A DNA stretch of 64,000 nt from Candidatus Kapaibacterium sp. GTDB taxonomy: Bacteria; Bacteroidota; Ignavibacteria; Kapaibacteriales; UBA2268. Where the stretch lies: contig OY762428.1 of NCBI GenBank assembly GCA_963665665.1, positions 4,192,001-4,256,000 of the forward strand, given 5' to 3'. This document shows, in pieces, positions 28,486-39,475 of the stretch. Under the pieces are notes generated by a model. It was not told the origin of the DNA, ran no database searches, and saw nothing but the letters and a program-made list of their open reading frames with translations. A program made the translations under genes and the position numbers. Numbering within the stretch: position 1 is the first letter of the stretch; every line of letters begins with the position of its first letter.

Positions 28486-28905
28486 AGTAAAATAGGAAAT
28501 TATATATAGTTCAATAATTTATGTACAGTAAGATTTGCTTATGTTTAGTTAACATTTTCTTCAAACAGAATCTGTTGATATTGAAATATTTTGAAATAAC
28601 TGGTTTGTGATGGTTGATAATATTGAGAGAATTTGATGAGCAATATTGAATAATTAACAATTCTCAATAATTTATTTTGGCTATTTGTTGAATAATTACA
28701 GCATATAATTCCTGTACAGATGATTCTAAATGGTTTATTGAAAAATAAGCCTGAATTATCAAAATTTGGCAACAAAAGTATAGGAACCAGTTGTGCCGCA
28801 TATTTTTATTAATATTATATTCTTTTAGACCCTGGATTTTCGAAGATAAATGTTACAAACTTTAGTTATGATTTCTTATCTTTAATTTTTCTAATTTTGA
28901 TGATT

Positions 28906-30021
28906 ATGAAAATACTTGTAATAAACTGGCAGGATATTAAGAACCCGTTTGGGGGCGGAGCAGAGGTGCACATGCATGAAATATTTAAGCGTATTGCCGC
29001 CCGGGGACATGACGTTACAATTTATTGCTGCGAAGTGGAAGGCGAACCCAAAGAAGAAACTATAGACGGGATAAAAATTATCAGGAACGGCAGCCGAAGC
29101 CTTTTCAACTATACCGTGAAAAAAATGTACAAAAGTCGTTTCAGTCATGAGAATTTTGATATAGTTATCGACGATATTAATAAAATACCGTTTTATACTC
29201 CGCGTTTTGTAAAGGAACCTTTGCTGGCAATCAGCCACCATTTTTTCGGGAAAAGTATTTTTCGCGAGGCTGACTTTATTTCCGGAATGTATGTGTATCT
29301 TGCTGAAATGCTTGTTGATAAAGTTTATAAAAATACTCCTTTTGCGGTTGTGTCGCAATCCACTCTGGATGAATTTATTGAAAGGGGATTCGCCGGGGAA
29401 AACTTTACTATCGTTCCGAATGCTATTGAACCGGACGAATATCCTATGGCAGTTGGCCAAAAAGATGAAAACCCGGTAATATCATACTTTGGCAGGTTGA
29501 AAAAATATAAATCAGTTGATCATCTTGTAAGGGCTTTTGCCAACGTTGCCGGAAAATATCCTGATGCAAAACTCCATATACTTGGCCGGGGGGATTTTAT
29601 GCCGAAACTGAAGGAACTTGCCCGCCAACTTGGAGTTGCAGAAAAAACAACCTTTTTCGGATTTGTCAGCGATGAAGATAAAGTGAAACTCCTTAGCAAT
29701 GCATGGTGCATGGTAAACACATCAATGAAAGAAGGGTGGGGGATTACCAATATTGAAGCCAATGCCTGCGGAACTCCGGTGATTTCCGCCGATTCTCCGG
29801 GACTAAGGGATTCGGTAAAGGAGGGATTATCCGGCCGGCTTTATGAATATGGAAATGTTGAAAAACTGTCTGAAATATTAGTTGAATTGATTGAAAACCA
29901 GGATGAAAGAAACAAATTATATCATGGTTCAGTAGAATGGGCATCGTCTTTTTCCTGGGATAAATCAGCTGATATTATGCTGGAATTGTGCAGGAGAGTG
30001 ATAGAAGCAAAAAAATCCTGA
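28906..30021 (+). CDS. GT4 family glycosyltransferase
   Basis: NWQDIKNP.GGGAE, GRLKKYK, KEGWGITNIEANACGTP. Confidence 0.9.
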   Translation: MKILVINWQDIKNPFGGGAEVHMHEIFKRIAARGHDVTIYCCEVEGEPKEETIDGIKIIRNGSRSLFNYTVKKMYKSRFSHENFDIVIDDINKIPFYTPRFVKEPLLAISHHFFGKSIFREADFISGMYVYLAEMLVDKVYKNTPFAVVSQSTLDEFIERGFAGENFTIVPNAIEPDEYPMAVGQKDENPVISYFGRLKKYKSVDHLVRAFANVAGKYPDAKLHILGRGDFMPKLKELARQLGVAEKTTFFGFVSDEDKVKLLSNAWCMVNTSMKEGWGITNIEANACGTPVISADSPGLRDSVKEGLSGRLYEYGNVEKLSEILVELIENQDERNKLYHGSVEWASSFSWDKSADIMLELCRRVIEAKKS

Positions 30022-30108
30022 TATAATTTTAGTTTTGAAAGATAAATCATTGCAGCATTGATTCTGCTTCATATATTTGCATATTGATTTACTAACAAGT
30101 GAGCATCT

Positions 30109-30708
30109 ATGATTGCACAGCTACGAGGTAAGATTGTAAGCAAAACATCAACAGAAATTGTAATTGACTGCAACGGGGTTGGTTACCTTGCCAGTATTAC
30201 CGTTACAACTTCAGAGAAACTTCCCGGTCCCGGCGAAGAAGCTATGGTTTATACTCTTCTTATTCCCCGTGAGGATGCTCTTAATCTCTATGGATTCAGA
30301 GACGAGCAGGAAAGGCTTGCTTTTACATTACTGACTTCAATTTCCGGAATCGGGGCAAAAATTGCTTTGGGAATTCTTTCATCCTTGTCGATCGAGGAAT
30401 TACGCAGCCTGGTTATTGAGGGTAATACGCTTGCAATGACCAAACTGCCGGGTATAGGTAAGAAAACTGCCGGACGTATTATCCTGGAATTGAAAGATAA
30501 AATGCTCAAACTGGATATTGGCGACGGTATTATGGACTCAGGCGGTAGTTCCGCATTAATAAAACAGGAAGCTTTGGCTGCTCTTGTTACTCTTGGTTAC
30601 TCGCGATTAACGGCTGAAAAAGCTGTAAAAAAAGCTGCTGATGACCTTGGAACCGATGCAACCCCGGAAAACCTGATTAAAGTTGCACTTAAATACGCGA
30701 TGAAATAA
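30109..30708 (+). CDS. ruvA: Holliday junction branch migration protein RuvA
   Basis: MIAQLRG, GVGY, RED...LYGF, SGIGAK, PGIGKKTA.RIILEL, AL..LGY. Confidence 0.95.
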   Translation: MIAQLRGKIVSKTSTEIVIDCNGVGYLASITVTTSEKLPGPGEEAMVYTLLIPREDALNLYGFRDEQERLAFTLLTSISGIGAKIALGILSSLSIEELRSLVIEGNTLAMTKLPGIGKKTAGRIILELKDKMLKLDIGDGIMDSGGSSALIKQEALAALVTLGYSRLTAEKAVKKAADDLGTDATPENLIKVALKYAMK

Positions 30709-31485
30709 ATGCTTAAATTATTAGTAATACCAGGTATCGATATCCATAATGGTATGTGTACTTACTGCATTAGCGGTAACGAAGGCATGGAACAGCTTTA
30801 TGACGAATTCTCCAAAAATCCTGATAAACTTTGCTCTTTGCTGAGAAGGGAGAATTCCAGAAGTATTTTCGTTAAGGATAATGATTCATTTACCGGGGAC
30901 TTCGATAACAGCGATATTCTCCTGCAAATTCCCAAAGCTGTGGAAATACCGCTGGTTCTCTATATAAACAGAAGTAACTTTGAGGAGTATGCTTGGTTTC
31001 TGAACCAGGGATATTACCGTGTAATGATTGACGATATTGTTTATACTAATCCGGATGATACAAGGAAATTGATTGATAAATTCGGCTGCTCCCGTATAAT
31101 CTTTGGTTTTCTTGGAAAGAATGGTGAAAGGAATCTACCAGACGGAAGTATTATTACAATTGATGATTTTATTGATAAAATTAAGCCCTACAAGCCGCAA
31201 AGGCTGGTTTACGGTGATGACCAATGGATAGAAAGAAATGAGCCTGATAATAGTTTCCTGCTTGAATTAAGCAAAAAATTAAAATGCAGGGTTACTCTTT
31301 ATAATACTGTTAATTCACCACACCATTTGTGGAAACTGACGGAAATAGCACCTCAGGGAATTGATTCCGTAATCATAGGAAAGCCGATTTTCGATAATAA
31401 TTTTCCCTGCCAGAAATTATGGCGATTTGCCGAATCTTTGACAGAACCGGAATTGCAGGGAAAAGATAATAATCGGCAGAAATAA
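30709..31485 (+). CDS. Divergent HisA/HisF-related TIM-barrel protein
   Basis: VIPGIDIHNG.C start and GIDSVIIGKPIF..NFP end; the middle is degenerate. Confidence 0.6.
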   Translation: MLKLLVIPGIDIHNGMCTYCISGNEGMEQLYDEFSKNPDKLCSLLRRENSRSIFVKDNDSFTGDFDNSDILLQIPKAVEIPLVLYINRSNFEEYAWFLNQGYYRVMIDDIVYTNPDDTRKLIDKFGCSRIIFGFLGKNGERNLPDGSIITIDDFIDKIKPYKPQRLVYGDDQWIERNEPDNSFLLELSKKLKCRVTLYNTVNSPHHLWKLTEIAPQGIDSVIIGKPIFDNNFPCQKLWRFAESLTEPELQGKDNNRQK

Positions 31486-31695
31486 AAATTTCGTATAAAA
31501 AATTAGAAATCTTTTTTTTTGGAAAATATCCTTGTTTTCAATGAAAAAAGGGGTTTATTCGCAGTGTTTTGTATAAATATGCTAATATTATTTTATCATT
31601 TTCAATTTTACTAACGCCAAAGTTTCTTATTTATCATATAAAAATAGTAAATTATATAGTGAAATTTGCAATAAAGAAATTCTGTTAAAGGATAT

Positions 31696-33081
31696 ATGAA
31701 AAAAAGATTTTCCATTTTATTTGTAAGCTGTTTTCTTTTAACTATTAATAATCTTTACTCATCCGATGAAAAACTCGTGATAGAATGGGCGGACAGCCTT
31801 GTGGGAAGTATGGCATCAAATGCACAGGTGCAGCGCTATGCCGGCAATGTCAGGATTAAGCACAAAGATATTAAGATTTTTTGCGATATTGCAACGGAAT
31901 ACCTGAGCCAGAATAGGGCGGAGCTGATAAGCAACGTGAAAATGCATCAGGACAATATGGTACTAACAGCGCCCCGGGCTGATTATGATGCAGCTACTGA
32001 TATTGCAACCGCAAATAACGGCGTGAAAATTGTGGATGGCGGAAGAACACTAATTGCCGACAGGGGAAAATATTCAACCGAAACACTAATTGCTGATTTC
32101 TTCGGTGATGTGTATATAACTGATGATTCTGCTGATATTTTTTCAGACAAAATCAGGCACTTTCGCGAAAACCAGAACAGCTTTGCTTATGGCAACGTAG
32201 TGGTAAAGGGTAAATTTACAGACGTAATTCTTACCGGCGACAGCGTAGAACATTATCCAACAATGAATTATACATTGGCAAGAGGTAATCCCGTTTTGTT
32301 CAAGATTGATACCCTTGATGAATCAGGCCCGGAAAATAATGCCTTAAAAGATACGATGAGTATCAGCTGCCTGAAGATGGAAGCATTCCGGGGAATTGAC
32401 TTTGAATACTATGAATTCACTGACAGTGTGGAAATAGTGGGTAAAAATATCACTGCGAAATGCTCCCAGGCTGTATATGATAAATACAACGGAATGATAA
32501 TTTTAAAAAAATTCCCGGTAGTATGGTATGATTCTACGCAACTTTTCGGCGATTCAACTGTTGTATTAATTGAAGATGAAAAAATAAACAAGATTGTTTC
32601 ATTTAATAATGCCTTCGCGGCTTCAAAGGATGATACAATTGATATCCGGAGGATTAACCAGATAGCAGGGGACATCATTGAAATTGATATTGATAACAAC
32701 AAGCTTACAGGGTTTGCAGGTTATGGAAATACCAAAAGTTTATACTATATGTCTGATGAGGAAACGTCGGACGGAGCGGATCAAAAAGTAGCGGACACAA
32801 TTAAAATTAGTTTTGGCGGCGGCCAGCCTGAAGAGATAATATGGCTTGGCGGGGTTGTAGGGAAATATTATCCTGAGAATATTGTGAGTAAATCCCCGGA
32901 GGAATACTATCTTCCTGATTTTAGAATTGAGAAATTCAGGCCGTCGAGAAAGATTTTCAAGGGAATAAAGAATAAAAGAATTATAAATGAGAAAGAGCTT
33001 CTAACACCTAAAACAGAAAAAATTGAAAAAAAATCGCAAAAATTGAAAAAAGATGTTGAAATTGATGAAAATATAAAGTAA
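31696..33081 (+). CDS. OstA/LptA-like beta-jellyroll protein
   Basis: Signal peptide, repeated GNV...I.CD.A / A.GNV units. Confidence 0.75.
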   Translation: MKKRFSILFVSCFLLTINNLYSSDEKLVIEWADSLVGSMASNAQVQRYAGNVRIKHKDIKIFCDIATEYLSQNRAELISNVKMHQDNMVLTAPRADYDAATDIATANNGVKIVDGGRTLIADRGKYSTETLIADFFGDVYITDDSADIFSDKIRHFRENQNSFAYGNVVVKGKFTDVILTGDSVEHYPTMNYTLARGNPVLFKIDTLDESGPENNALKDTMSISCLKMEAFRGIDFEYYEFTDSVEIVGKNITAKCSQAVYDKYNGMIILKKFPVVWYDSTQLFGDSTVVLIEDEKINKIVSFNNAFAASKDDTIDIRRINQIAGDIIEIDIDNNKLTGFAGYGNTKSLYYMSDEETSDGADQKVADTIKISFGGGQPEEIIWLGGVVGKYYPENIVSKSPEEYYLPDFRIEKFRPSRKIFKGIKNKRIINEKELLTPKTEKIEKKSQKLKKDVEIDENIK

Positions 33082-33110
33082 CTTTTTCCCGATGTAAATG
33101 AAACCGGGAC

Positions 33111-36100
33111 ATGACAATGAAAACTACTACTACAATACTGACCTTATTACTATTTTTTAGCCTTCTCAGGGCTGACGAGCTTCCTGTTGATAACAACTCG
33201 GCTTTTGCCGGGAGGCATTTCTACGTCGGTTTTATGGAGAATGAAATTGTAATTCAGGATTTTTTGGATCTGAGCATCTATATCACAGTCTCGGATGATG
33301 CAAATATTACAGTTTTTCATCGCGGGGCTATGTCGCTTAGATATGAATATACTGTCCAAAAAGATTCTGTCCTGAAAGTGGAAGTTCCGGCTGTAAACGA
33401 GGTCAGGGATTCTGAAATTATTCTGAATTCCTTAACTGAAATTACTTCTGATGTACCGGTTACAGTTTATGCATTTTCCAGCCAGATTACAACCAGCGAC
33501 AGCTATGCTGTTCTTCCTGTTTCGCGTTGGGGCACGGAATACCTGACTGTAAATATGCCAAACGACCAATATTATATAGAAGGTGCTGTCGAGCCGGAAG
33601 ATTCTTTATATTTTCATTACCCGCGTTCAGGTGAGTTTATGGTAATGGCAGCGTATGATTCCACTGTTGTTGAAATTATTCCTTCAACAACAACCTGGCA
33701 AAGAAAACAGGCCGGAAGCGTTTACACTGAAGTTCTGAACAAAGGCGACTGTTATCTTGTTAAGTCCTATCCTGCCTCCCGTGGAACTTTCGACCTGACA
33801 GGGTCTTTCGTAAGGGCCAATAAGCCTGTGGGAGTGCTTTCGGGGCATGTAAGAACGGCAGTACCACAGGAGTTAGGGCCTCCATGGGACAGCAAAGACC
33901 ACCTTTGCGAACAGCTGATGCCAACAGAAATGTGGGGGCGCACTTTTGTTTCGGTTCCATTCGGCTTCAGTTCTCACGGAGATTACATAAAGTTTGTATC
34001 CCTGCATGGCGGTACTTTGATAGAAATGTTGAACGAGGATGTTCTTCAGGATATTCATATCAGCAAGTCTGGTGGAACCGAGCTGATCACCGGGGTAAAC
34101 AAGCCAACCGTATGGAAGTCTAATTATCCTGTACAGGTAGCACAGTTCATGGCTCATTCAGGCTGGATAAACGACAGCAGATATTACGACCCCTCTATGG
34201 TTATTCTGCCACCTGTTGAACAATTTGTAGACAGAATATTATTTCATACACCCGGCGATTCAAGGTATAACCCGGGTCAGTATATGAATCATTACATAAC
34301 ATTGGTTATGGATAAAAACGCTTACCAGTCTATTAAACTTGATTATAAACCGCTTGCTACATATTACAATGGTGAACCTGAGATAATTGTCGGGAGTAAT
34401 TTATATTGGAGCAGGATAGAAATTGATAAAGGCAAGCACATTATTGAATGCGATTCCGGAGCCTTTTCGGGTGTTATATATGGCAAGGGCCAGGCGGATT
34501 CTTATGCAATGATACTTGGTTCTTCCCTCAGGAATCCCTATTCAAATGATTCAATACCTCCGGTAGTTGATGTTAACGAACGCTGTGGCTATTTGAATGG
34601 TACTATCCGGGAATATATTGATGAGGCCAGCACAGGAATTGATTTTGTCCACGTGGTTGTGGATAGTACTGATAACTATGAGTGGGATATTGATTTTATT
34701 TCTGATACAGCTACTTACATTACTTTCCGTGCATGGCCTAAAGATATTTATACAGACGCGCAATTTATGATCGAAATCCGTGATAAGAATGGAAACGGCA
34801 GGGCTTATAAGCATAAATATTATGGAATAAGAACTTTTTATCCTAAAGGAATTTATATTCCGAATGTTGACGTAGGAGAGGTGGCCTGTTCTGAGTTTTT
34901 TATACAGAATGTAAATGACGGGCCATTGAACATTGTTTCTGCGGAATTTGCACTTGATGCCAGGCTGACTTTTGAGTCAGTGCCTGCTCTTCCTGCTACT
35001 TTGCAGCAGTATGATTCATTGAAATGTAAGGTATGTTTTGATCCCGGAACAGATACAACCACACTTTATGCGAAATTGATCCTTAATTATGATTGCGACC
35101 GCAAGCAGGAAATTCCCGTAAGAGGAGCTGTTGACGCTCCGTCGCTTTTGGCTTTGGACTACGACTTCGGAGATGTTTTGATAGGGCAAAAGCCTTGCGC
35201 TGAAACGTATATTATTAATACAGGCAATATGGTGGTAAGCATTGATAGTTTAACCTGGCCTGACGGCTCTGTGTTCGAAATAGACGATAGCAATGTCCCT
35301 AAAATACTTAACCCCGGTGATACCGTGCTTGTACCGTTGTGCTTCGAGCCAGCATCCAGGCAGCATTACGAAATTGGAGTTCTGGTGCATAATGATTTGA
35401 ACATTCAGGATGTTACTTTCAAGGTTAGTGGCAATGGTATTGCCCCGGAATTTGATTCAATTGTTCTTGACTGGGAAAACCGTAGGGTAGGAACGGTCAA
35501 TGATAGTTCTGTATGGGTTAAGAATACGGGTAATTCAATTGGGAGGTTATCTTTCGATACTATGATTGAAGGTGATAGTTATAACGACCAGAATACTAAC
35601 TTCATAAAGAGTATTGATATTGATATTAATCCCGCTGACAGCTCGCTATTTGATTTTTCTTATTCTCCTGCTGATACAGGCCGATATTATGTAAATGCAG
35701 AATTAGATGTTGACTGGACTCTTCACGAGTCTGTGTCATTAGAACTTATAGGTTACGGTACACTTCCGGAAATTGAGACTTATGATATTGAGTTCGATAC
35801 GACTGTTGTGTATAACCAGAGAAGCCTGATTGAGAAAGCTATAGCATCTTTCGGAAACGAGATTCTTACCGTTGATGAGATATATGTATCCTCAGGCGAT
35901 GAAGACGAGTTTGAAATTGATTATGATGCCTTCAAAAACTTGCTTATTCCATACTCCGGTACAGACAGTTTATTCAACATGCCGGTTATTTACAAACCAA
36001 CAACAATCGGAGACCACGAATTAATTCTTTCAGTGGTTCACGATGCCAACCCGAATTACGAACGATCAGAAAAGCAAATTCGTATAACCGGTGTAGCAAT

Positions 36101-37151
36101 CCCGGCAGATACATTCAAAATTGATATGACCGTTGATGAACCGGATGTTGTTCTTCCCTGCCATGATAATCCATATATCATTAAATATGAAAATGACGGA
36201 GATATCAATGCAAGGCTTGATACGGTAATTATTACAGGAGAAGGCGTAATTATCGAGCCTGACCAGACAATAACCTACCCTATAGATTTCGCAGTGGGCG
36301 AAGAAATAGATATTCCATTGAACGTTATTCCGGAATCTAAAGCAGAAGCAAAATTTACAGCGGAGGCCGAGTTTTATATTCCGGATAGCCTTAGTAGTTA
36401 TTTTCTTTCAAGGGAAATTGAAGTCCTTCCTTCCCCCGAGAAAGTCATTATTAATGCCATACCGCTTGTAGAATCTTACCCCGGGGATACTGTAAAATTA
36501 GATATAAGCGGAAAATTACCCTACATACCTGAAATAGGTTCAGATTTTTCTTTTAGTCTGAATATCAGGATGGAAGATTTTTATTTGTTAAACAAACAGA
36601 GCGAATTAATTCTCTCTAACGATGAAGGCGATAAGCAAAAAATTCAAATTCAGCTTGTCCAAAGCCTGAATAATGTGCAGTTTAGTTTGCCTGCCAATAG
36701 CATTCCGGGCGGGAAATTCGATAATTGGAGTTTGTCGATTACATTCCTGACACTGCTTGGCACTACAGAACAACAAATAGTAACATTACAGGCATTTTCC
36801 GAACCGTGTTACGACGGCGGAAACATTGATTTGGATATGCTAATTGAAGAAGTTTGCATTTTTAGCTTGCGTAGTGTGGAATTAATTACTAACTTGCCGG
36901 GAGTGGAGGTTTATCCTAATCCTGCTAATGCAGTGATTAAAGCAAATGTGTTTTTACCGGAATCAACAGAGGCGAACATTGTTATTTATAGTGCAGAAGG
37001 TAAGAAAATTAGGGAAGAAACGAATTTATATTTGGAAAAAGGTTCACATTCCCTTATATTCGACGTTAGCTTTTTGCAAAATGGAGTTTACGTGTTTTCG
37101 GTTCAGACAGTTGATTACATAAAGAATTATATGTTTATTATTTCAAAGTAG
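33111..37151 (+). CDS. Large secreted protein: IgGFc-binding N-terminal domain, Ig-like (choice-of-anchor D-like) repeats, T9SS CTD
   Basis: GRHFYVGFMEN, SDSY.VLP...WGTEY, ANKPVGVLSGH, DHL.EQL.P...WG, DPSM..LPP.EQF; CTD YPNP...NGVY. Confidence 0.85.
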   Translation: MTMKTTTTILTLLLFFSLLRADELPVDNNSAFAGRHFYVGFMENEIVIQDFLDLSIYITVSDDANITVFHRGAMSLRYEYTVQKDSVLKVEVPAVNEVRDSEIILNSLTEITSDVPVTVYAFSSQITTSDSYAVLPVSRWGTEYLTVNMPNDQYYIEGAVEPEDSLYFHYPRSGEFMVMAAYDSTVVEIIPSTTTWQRKQAGSVYTEVLNKGDCYLVKSYPASRGTFDLTGSFVRANKPVGVLSGHVRTAVPQELGPPWDSKDHLCEQLMPTEMWGRTFVSVPFGFSSHGDYIKFVSLHGGTLIEMLNEDVLQDIHISKSGGTELITGVNKPTVWKSNYPVQVAQFMAHSGWINDSRYYDPSMVILPPVEQFVDRILFHTPGDSRYNPGQYMNHYITLVMDKNAYQSIKLDYKPLATYYNGEPEIIVGSNLYWSRIEIDKGKHIIECDSGAFSGVIYGKGQADSYAMILGSSLRNPYSNDSIPPVVDVNERCGYLNGTIREYIDEASTGIDFVHVVVDSTDNYEWDIDFISDTATYITFRAWPKDIYTDAQFMIEIRDKNGNGRAYKHKYYGIRTFYPKGIYIPNVDVGEVACSEFFIQNVNDGPLNIVSAEFALDARLTFESVPALPATLQQYDSLKCKVCFDPGTDTTTLYAKLILNYDCDRKQEIPVRGAVDAPSLLALDYDFGDVLIGQKPCAETYIINTGNMVVSIDSLTWPDGSVFEIDDSNVPKILNPGDTVLVPLCFEPASRQHYEIGVLVHNDLNIQDVTFKVSGNGIAPEFDSIVLDWENRRVGTVNDSSVWVKNTGNSIGRLSFDTMIEGDSYNDQNTNFIKSIDIDINPADSSLFDFSYSPADTGRYYVNAELDVDWTLHESVSLELIGYGTLPEIETYDIEFDTTVVYNQRSLIEKAIASFGNEILTVDEIYVSSGDEDEFEIDYDAFKNLLIPYSGTDSLFNMPVIYKPTTIGDHELILSVVHDANPNYERSEKQIRITGVAIPADTFKIDMTVDEPDVVLPCHDNPYIIKYENDGDINARLDTVIITGEGVIIEPDQTITYPIDFAVGEEIDIPLNVIPESKAEAKFTAEAEFYIPDSLSSYFLSREIEVLPSPEKVIINAIPLVESYPGDTVKLDISGKLPYIPEIGSDFSFSLNIRMEDFYLLNKQSELILSNDEGDKQKIQIQLVQSLNNVQFSLPANSIPGGKFDNWSLSITFLTLLGTTEQQIVTLQAFSEPCYDGGNIDLDMLIEEVCIFSLRSVELITNLPGVEVYPNPANAVIKANVFLPESTEANIVIYSAEGKKIREETNLYLEKGSHSLIFDVSFLQNGVYVFSVQTVDYIKNYMFIISK

Positions 37152-37155
37152 ATAG

Positions 37156-38016
37156 GTGCAAACTATGAAAGTCCGTTTTCTACCTTTAGCAATTCTTGCA
37201 CTGATATGGATGTTCCCGACCGATATTCTGGCTCAGGATGATGCCACGGATAACCCTCTTATGCCTCAAACAAGGCGTAAGCCCATCTATATTGGCCCTA
37301 CAGTCGGTTTTAACAGGTCGATCCATAGTGTGGAACTTGCTTCGTTCGTTGACGATCCCCTGTGTCCCTTCTTCCCTAATGGAACTGCAAATGGTTTCTG
37401 GGTTGGATTAACAGGTGAGTATTTGCTCGGTAATGTAAAGAACTCAAATTCCTCGATAATTGCAAGGGTTCTGTATAACCGCCTTCCTGCATCTTTTGAT
37501 AAAGAAGGTAGTATCTATCCTTCCATGGTTTCGCAAATCGTGGGGCCGGATACAAACACAGTGATAATGGAATCTGCAACATCTCATGGTATTTCTGTTA
37601 CTTATGACCTGATAACTGCAGAAGTATGTTACAAATTGAATCTGTTCAATACCAATTTTGGTATTACGATTGGCCCGACATTCGATTTTGCAATGTCAAA
37701 AAATATTGAGCAAACTTTTGAACTCACGTATCCGATGAACGCTAAGTTCGTTTATAATCAGGAAGCCATCGACAACGGAACTATTGTAAGATATGAAAAT
37801 AATCAGCGCAAGATTGTAGTTAAAGATGGTGATATTGAAGGGTCAAGCTCTTTCAGGCTTGGTATCAAAGCCGGTGTACAATATGAAATACTCATGGGCA
37901 GGATGTATATTGTTCCCGCAGCATATTACAACTATGGTATTCTTAAACTTACCGACATGGAAGACTGGTATGTACACGCGTTGCAAATCGGTGTTGATGT
38001 CAGGTTCGCACTCTAA
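37156..38016 (+). CDS. Outer-membrane beta-barrel protein
   Basis: Signal peptide, beta strands, ends QIGVDVRFAL. Confidence 0.7.
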   Translation: MQTMKVRFLPLAILALIWMFPTDILAQDDATDNPLMPQTRRKPIYIGPTVGFNRSIHSVELASFVDDPLCPFFPNGTANGFWVGLTGEYLLGNVKNSNSSIIARVLYNRLPASFDKEGSIYPSMVSQIVGPDTNTVIMESATSHGISVTYDLITAEVCYKLNLFNTNFGITIGPTFDFAMSKNIEQTFELTYPMNAKFVYNQEAIDNGTIVRYENNQRKIVVKDGDIEGSSSFRLGIKAGVQYEILMGRMYIVPAAYYNYGILKLTDMEDWYVHALQIGVDVRFAL

Positions 38017-38070
38017 AATTCAAATCTGATTTTTGAATTAGAGATTTTTTAGAATAAAATTCGTATTTTA

Positions 38071-38103
38071 GAGCGCTTGCTAAAACAGCAGGCGCTTTTT
38101 TTT
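38071..38103 (+). terminator. Intrinsic terminator
   Basis: GAGCGCTTGCT-aaaac-AGCAGGCGCTT followed by a T run. Confidence 0.75.
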
Positions 38104-38126
38104 GTTTCAGCTGTAAGAAAGTGATT

Positions 38127-38645
38127 ATGGATGTATTATGGGCTCCGTGGCGATCAGAATATATTGAAACATTCAAAGATGAAGCCAAAAAGAAAAAAGA
38201 GGATTGTTTCTTTTGCGAAGCAATTGAAAGGCCCGAAGAAGATGTGAAAAGGTTTGTTGTTGCAAGAAGAGAACACACGATTGTAATATTGAACAAGTTT
38301 CCTTATAACAACGGGCATACTCTTGTAGCACCGCTCAGGCATATCGGGGAACAGGATGAACTCAGCGATGAAGAATATATTGAACTTATGCTGCTTCTAA
38401 GGCAAACCAAGAAGGTGCTTGAGGAAATATATCATCCTCACGGGTTCAATGTGGGTGCCAACCTGGGAAGAACAGCAGGAGCAGGAGTCCCCGGGCACAT
38501 GCATTATCATATCGTACCCCGCTGGAATGGTGACAGCAGTTTTATGACGGTTTTTGCAGGTATAAATGTTGTATCCGAGGCTATGCACAAAACAAGAGAT
38601 ATGATGGAGAAAATATTTACAGAAAAATATCCGGTTGTTGAATAA
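38127..38645 (+). CDS. HIT family hydrolase (Ap4A phosphorylase-like)
   Basis: LWAPWR, CFFC, LNKFPYNNGH, AGAG..GHMHYHIVPRW.GD. Confidence 0.9.
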   Translation: MDVLWAPWRSEYIETFKDEAKKKKEDCFFCEAIERPEEDVKRFVVARREHTIVILNKFPYNNGHTLVAPLRHIGEQDELSDEEYIELMLLLRQTKKVLEEIYHPHGFNVGANLGRTAGAGVPGHMHYHIVPRWNGDSSFMTVFAGINVVSEAMHKTRDMMEKIFTEKYPVVE

Positions 38646-39475
38646 TGGCAATTAAGCCCAAAAAATCACTGGGGCAGAACTTCCTGAAGGACAGGAATAT
38701 TATTTTAAAAATTGCGGCCCTTGCCAATCCGGATCTGCCTGTTATAGAGATTGGCCCCGGCACAGGTGCGCTAACCGAAGAATTACTAAAAAAATTTCCG
38801 GGCTTGAAAGCAATAGAAATTGATAGCAGGGCCATTGAAGTTCTAAAGGAAAAATTCCCTTACGGAGAATACCCCGATTTTGAAATTATTCATTCCGATA
38901 TTTTAAAAACAGATATTAGCGCTATATATAAAAAGGACTTCCAGGTGATGGGAAATATACCGTATTATATTTCCAGCCAGATATTCTTTCAATTATATGA
39001 TGCAACCGGTTATTTGAAACAGGCGGTTTTAATGATCCAAAAAGATCTTGCCAAAAGGCTGATAGCACCTGTAGGCAGAAAAGATTACGGCATTCTTACT
39101 ATTGCAATGGCTTTGAAAGGAAAGTGTACGATAGAATTTGATGTGTCCCCTCATTGCTTCTACCCTCAGCCGAAAGTAACTTCATCAGTTATAAAAATGG
39201 TTTTTAATCCTGTTGTCAACGATTCTGATTTTAAGTCGATTATGAGGATTGTTCGTATAGCTTTCAGCCAGAGAAGAAAAGTTCTCGGAAATTGCCTGAA
39301 ACCGATTATTAACGCGTTACCTGACGGTAAAGAGGAGTTTATTGGCAGATTGAATAAGGTTGGTATGGATGCAGAAAAAACTCTTAGGCAAAGAGCCGAA
39401 CAACTGACAATAGATGAGTATATTCTGCTTAACAAATGTTTAAACCAAAATATTATTGATAACAGTAGCAGGTGA
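38645..39475 (+). CDS. rsmA: 16S rRNA m6,2A dimethyltransferase
   Basis: KKSLGQNFL, EIGPGTGALT, GNIPYYIS, F.PQPKVTS, F.QRRK. Confidence 0.95.
   Translation: MAIKPKKSLGQNFLKDRNIILKIAALANPDLPVIEIGPGTGALTEELLKKFPGLKAIEIDSRAIEVLKEKFPYGEYPDFEIIHSDILKTDISAIYKKDFQVMGNIPYYISSQIFFQLYDATGYLKQAVLMIQKDLAKRLIAPVGRKDYGILTIAMALKGKCTIEFDVSPHCFYPQPKVTSSVIKMVFNPVVNDSDFKSIMRIVRIAFSQRRKVLGNCLKPIINALPDGKEEFIGRLNKVGMDAEKTLRQRAEQLTIDEYILLNKCLNQNIIDNSSR

Noticed and set aside
27112-28500. Integron or prophage
   Set aside because: No integrase, complete attC hairpins or phage genes.
28545-28857. Small minus-strand ORFs (28664-28801, 28545-28775) with a TGTAAC...GTCT promoter-like motif
   Set aside because: No recognisable protein features, and the 21-nt spacer is too long for an ECF promoter.
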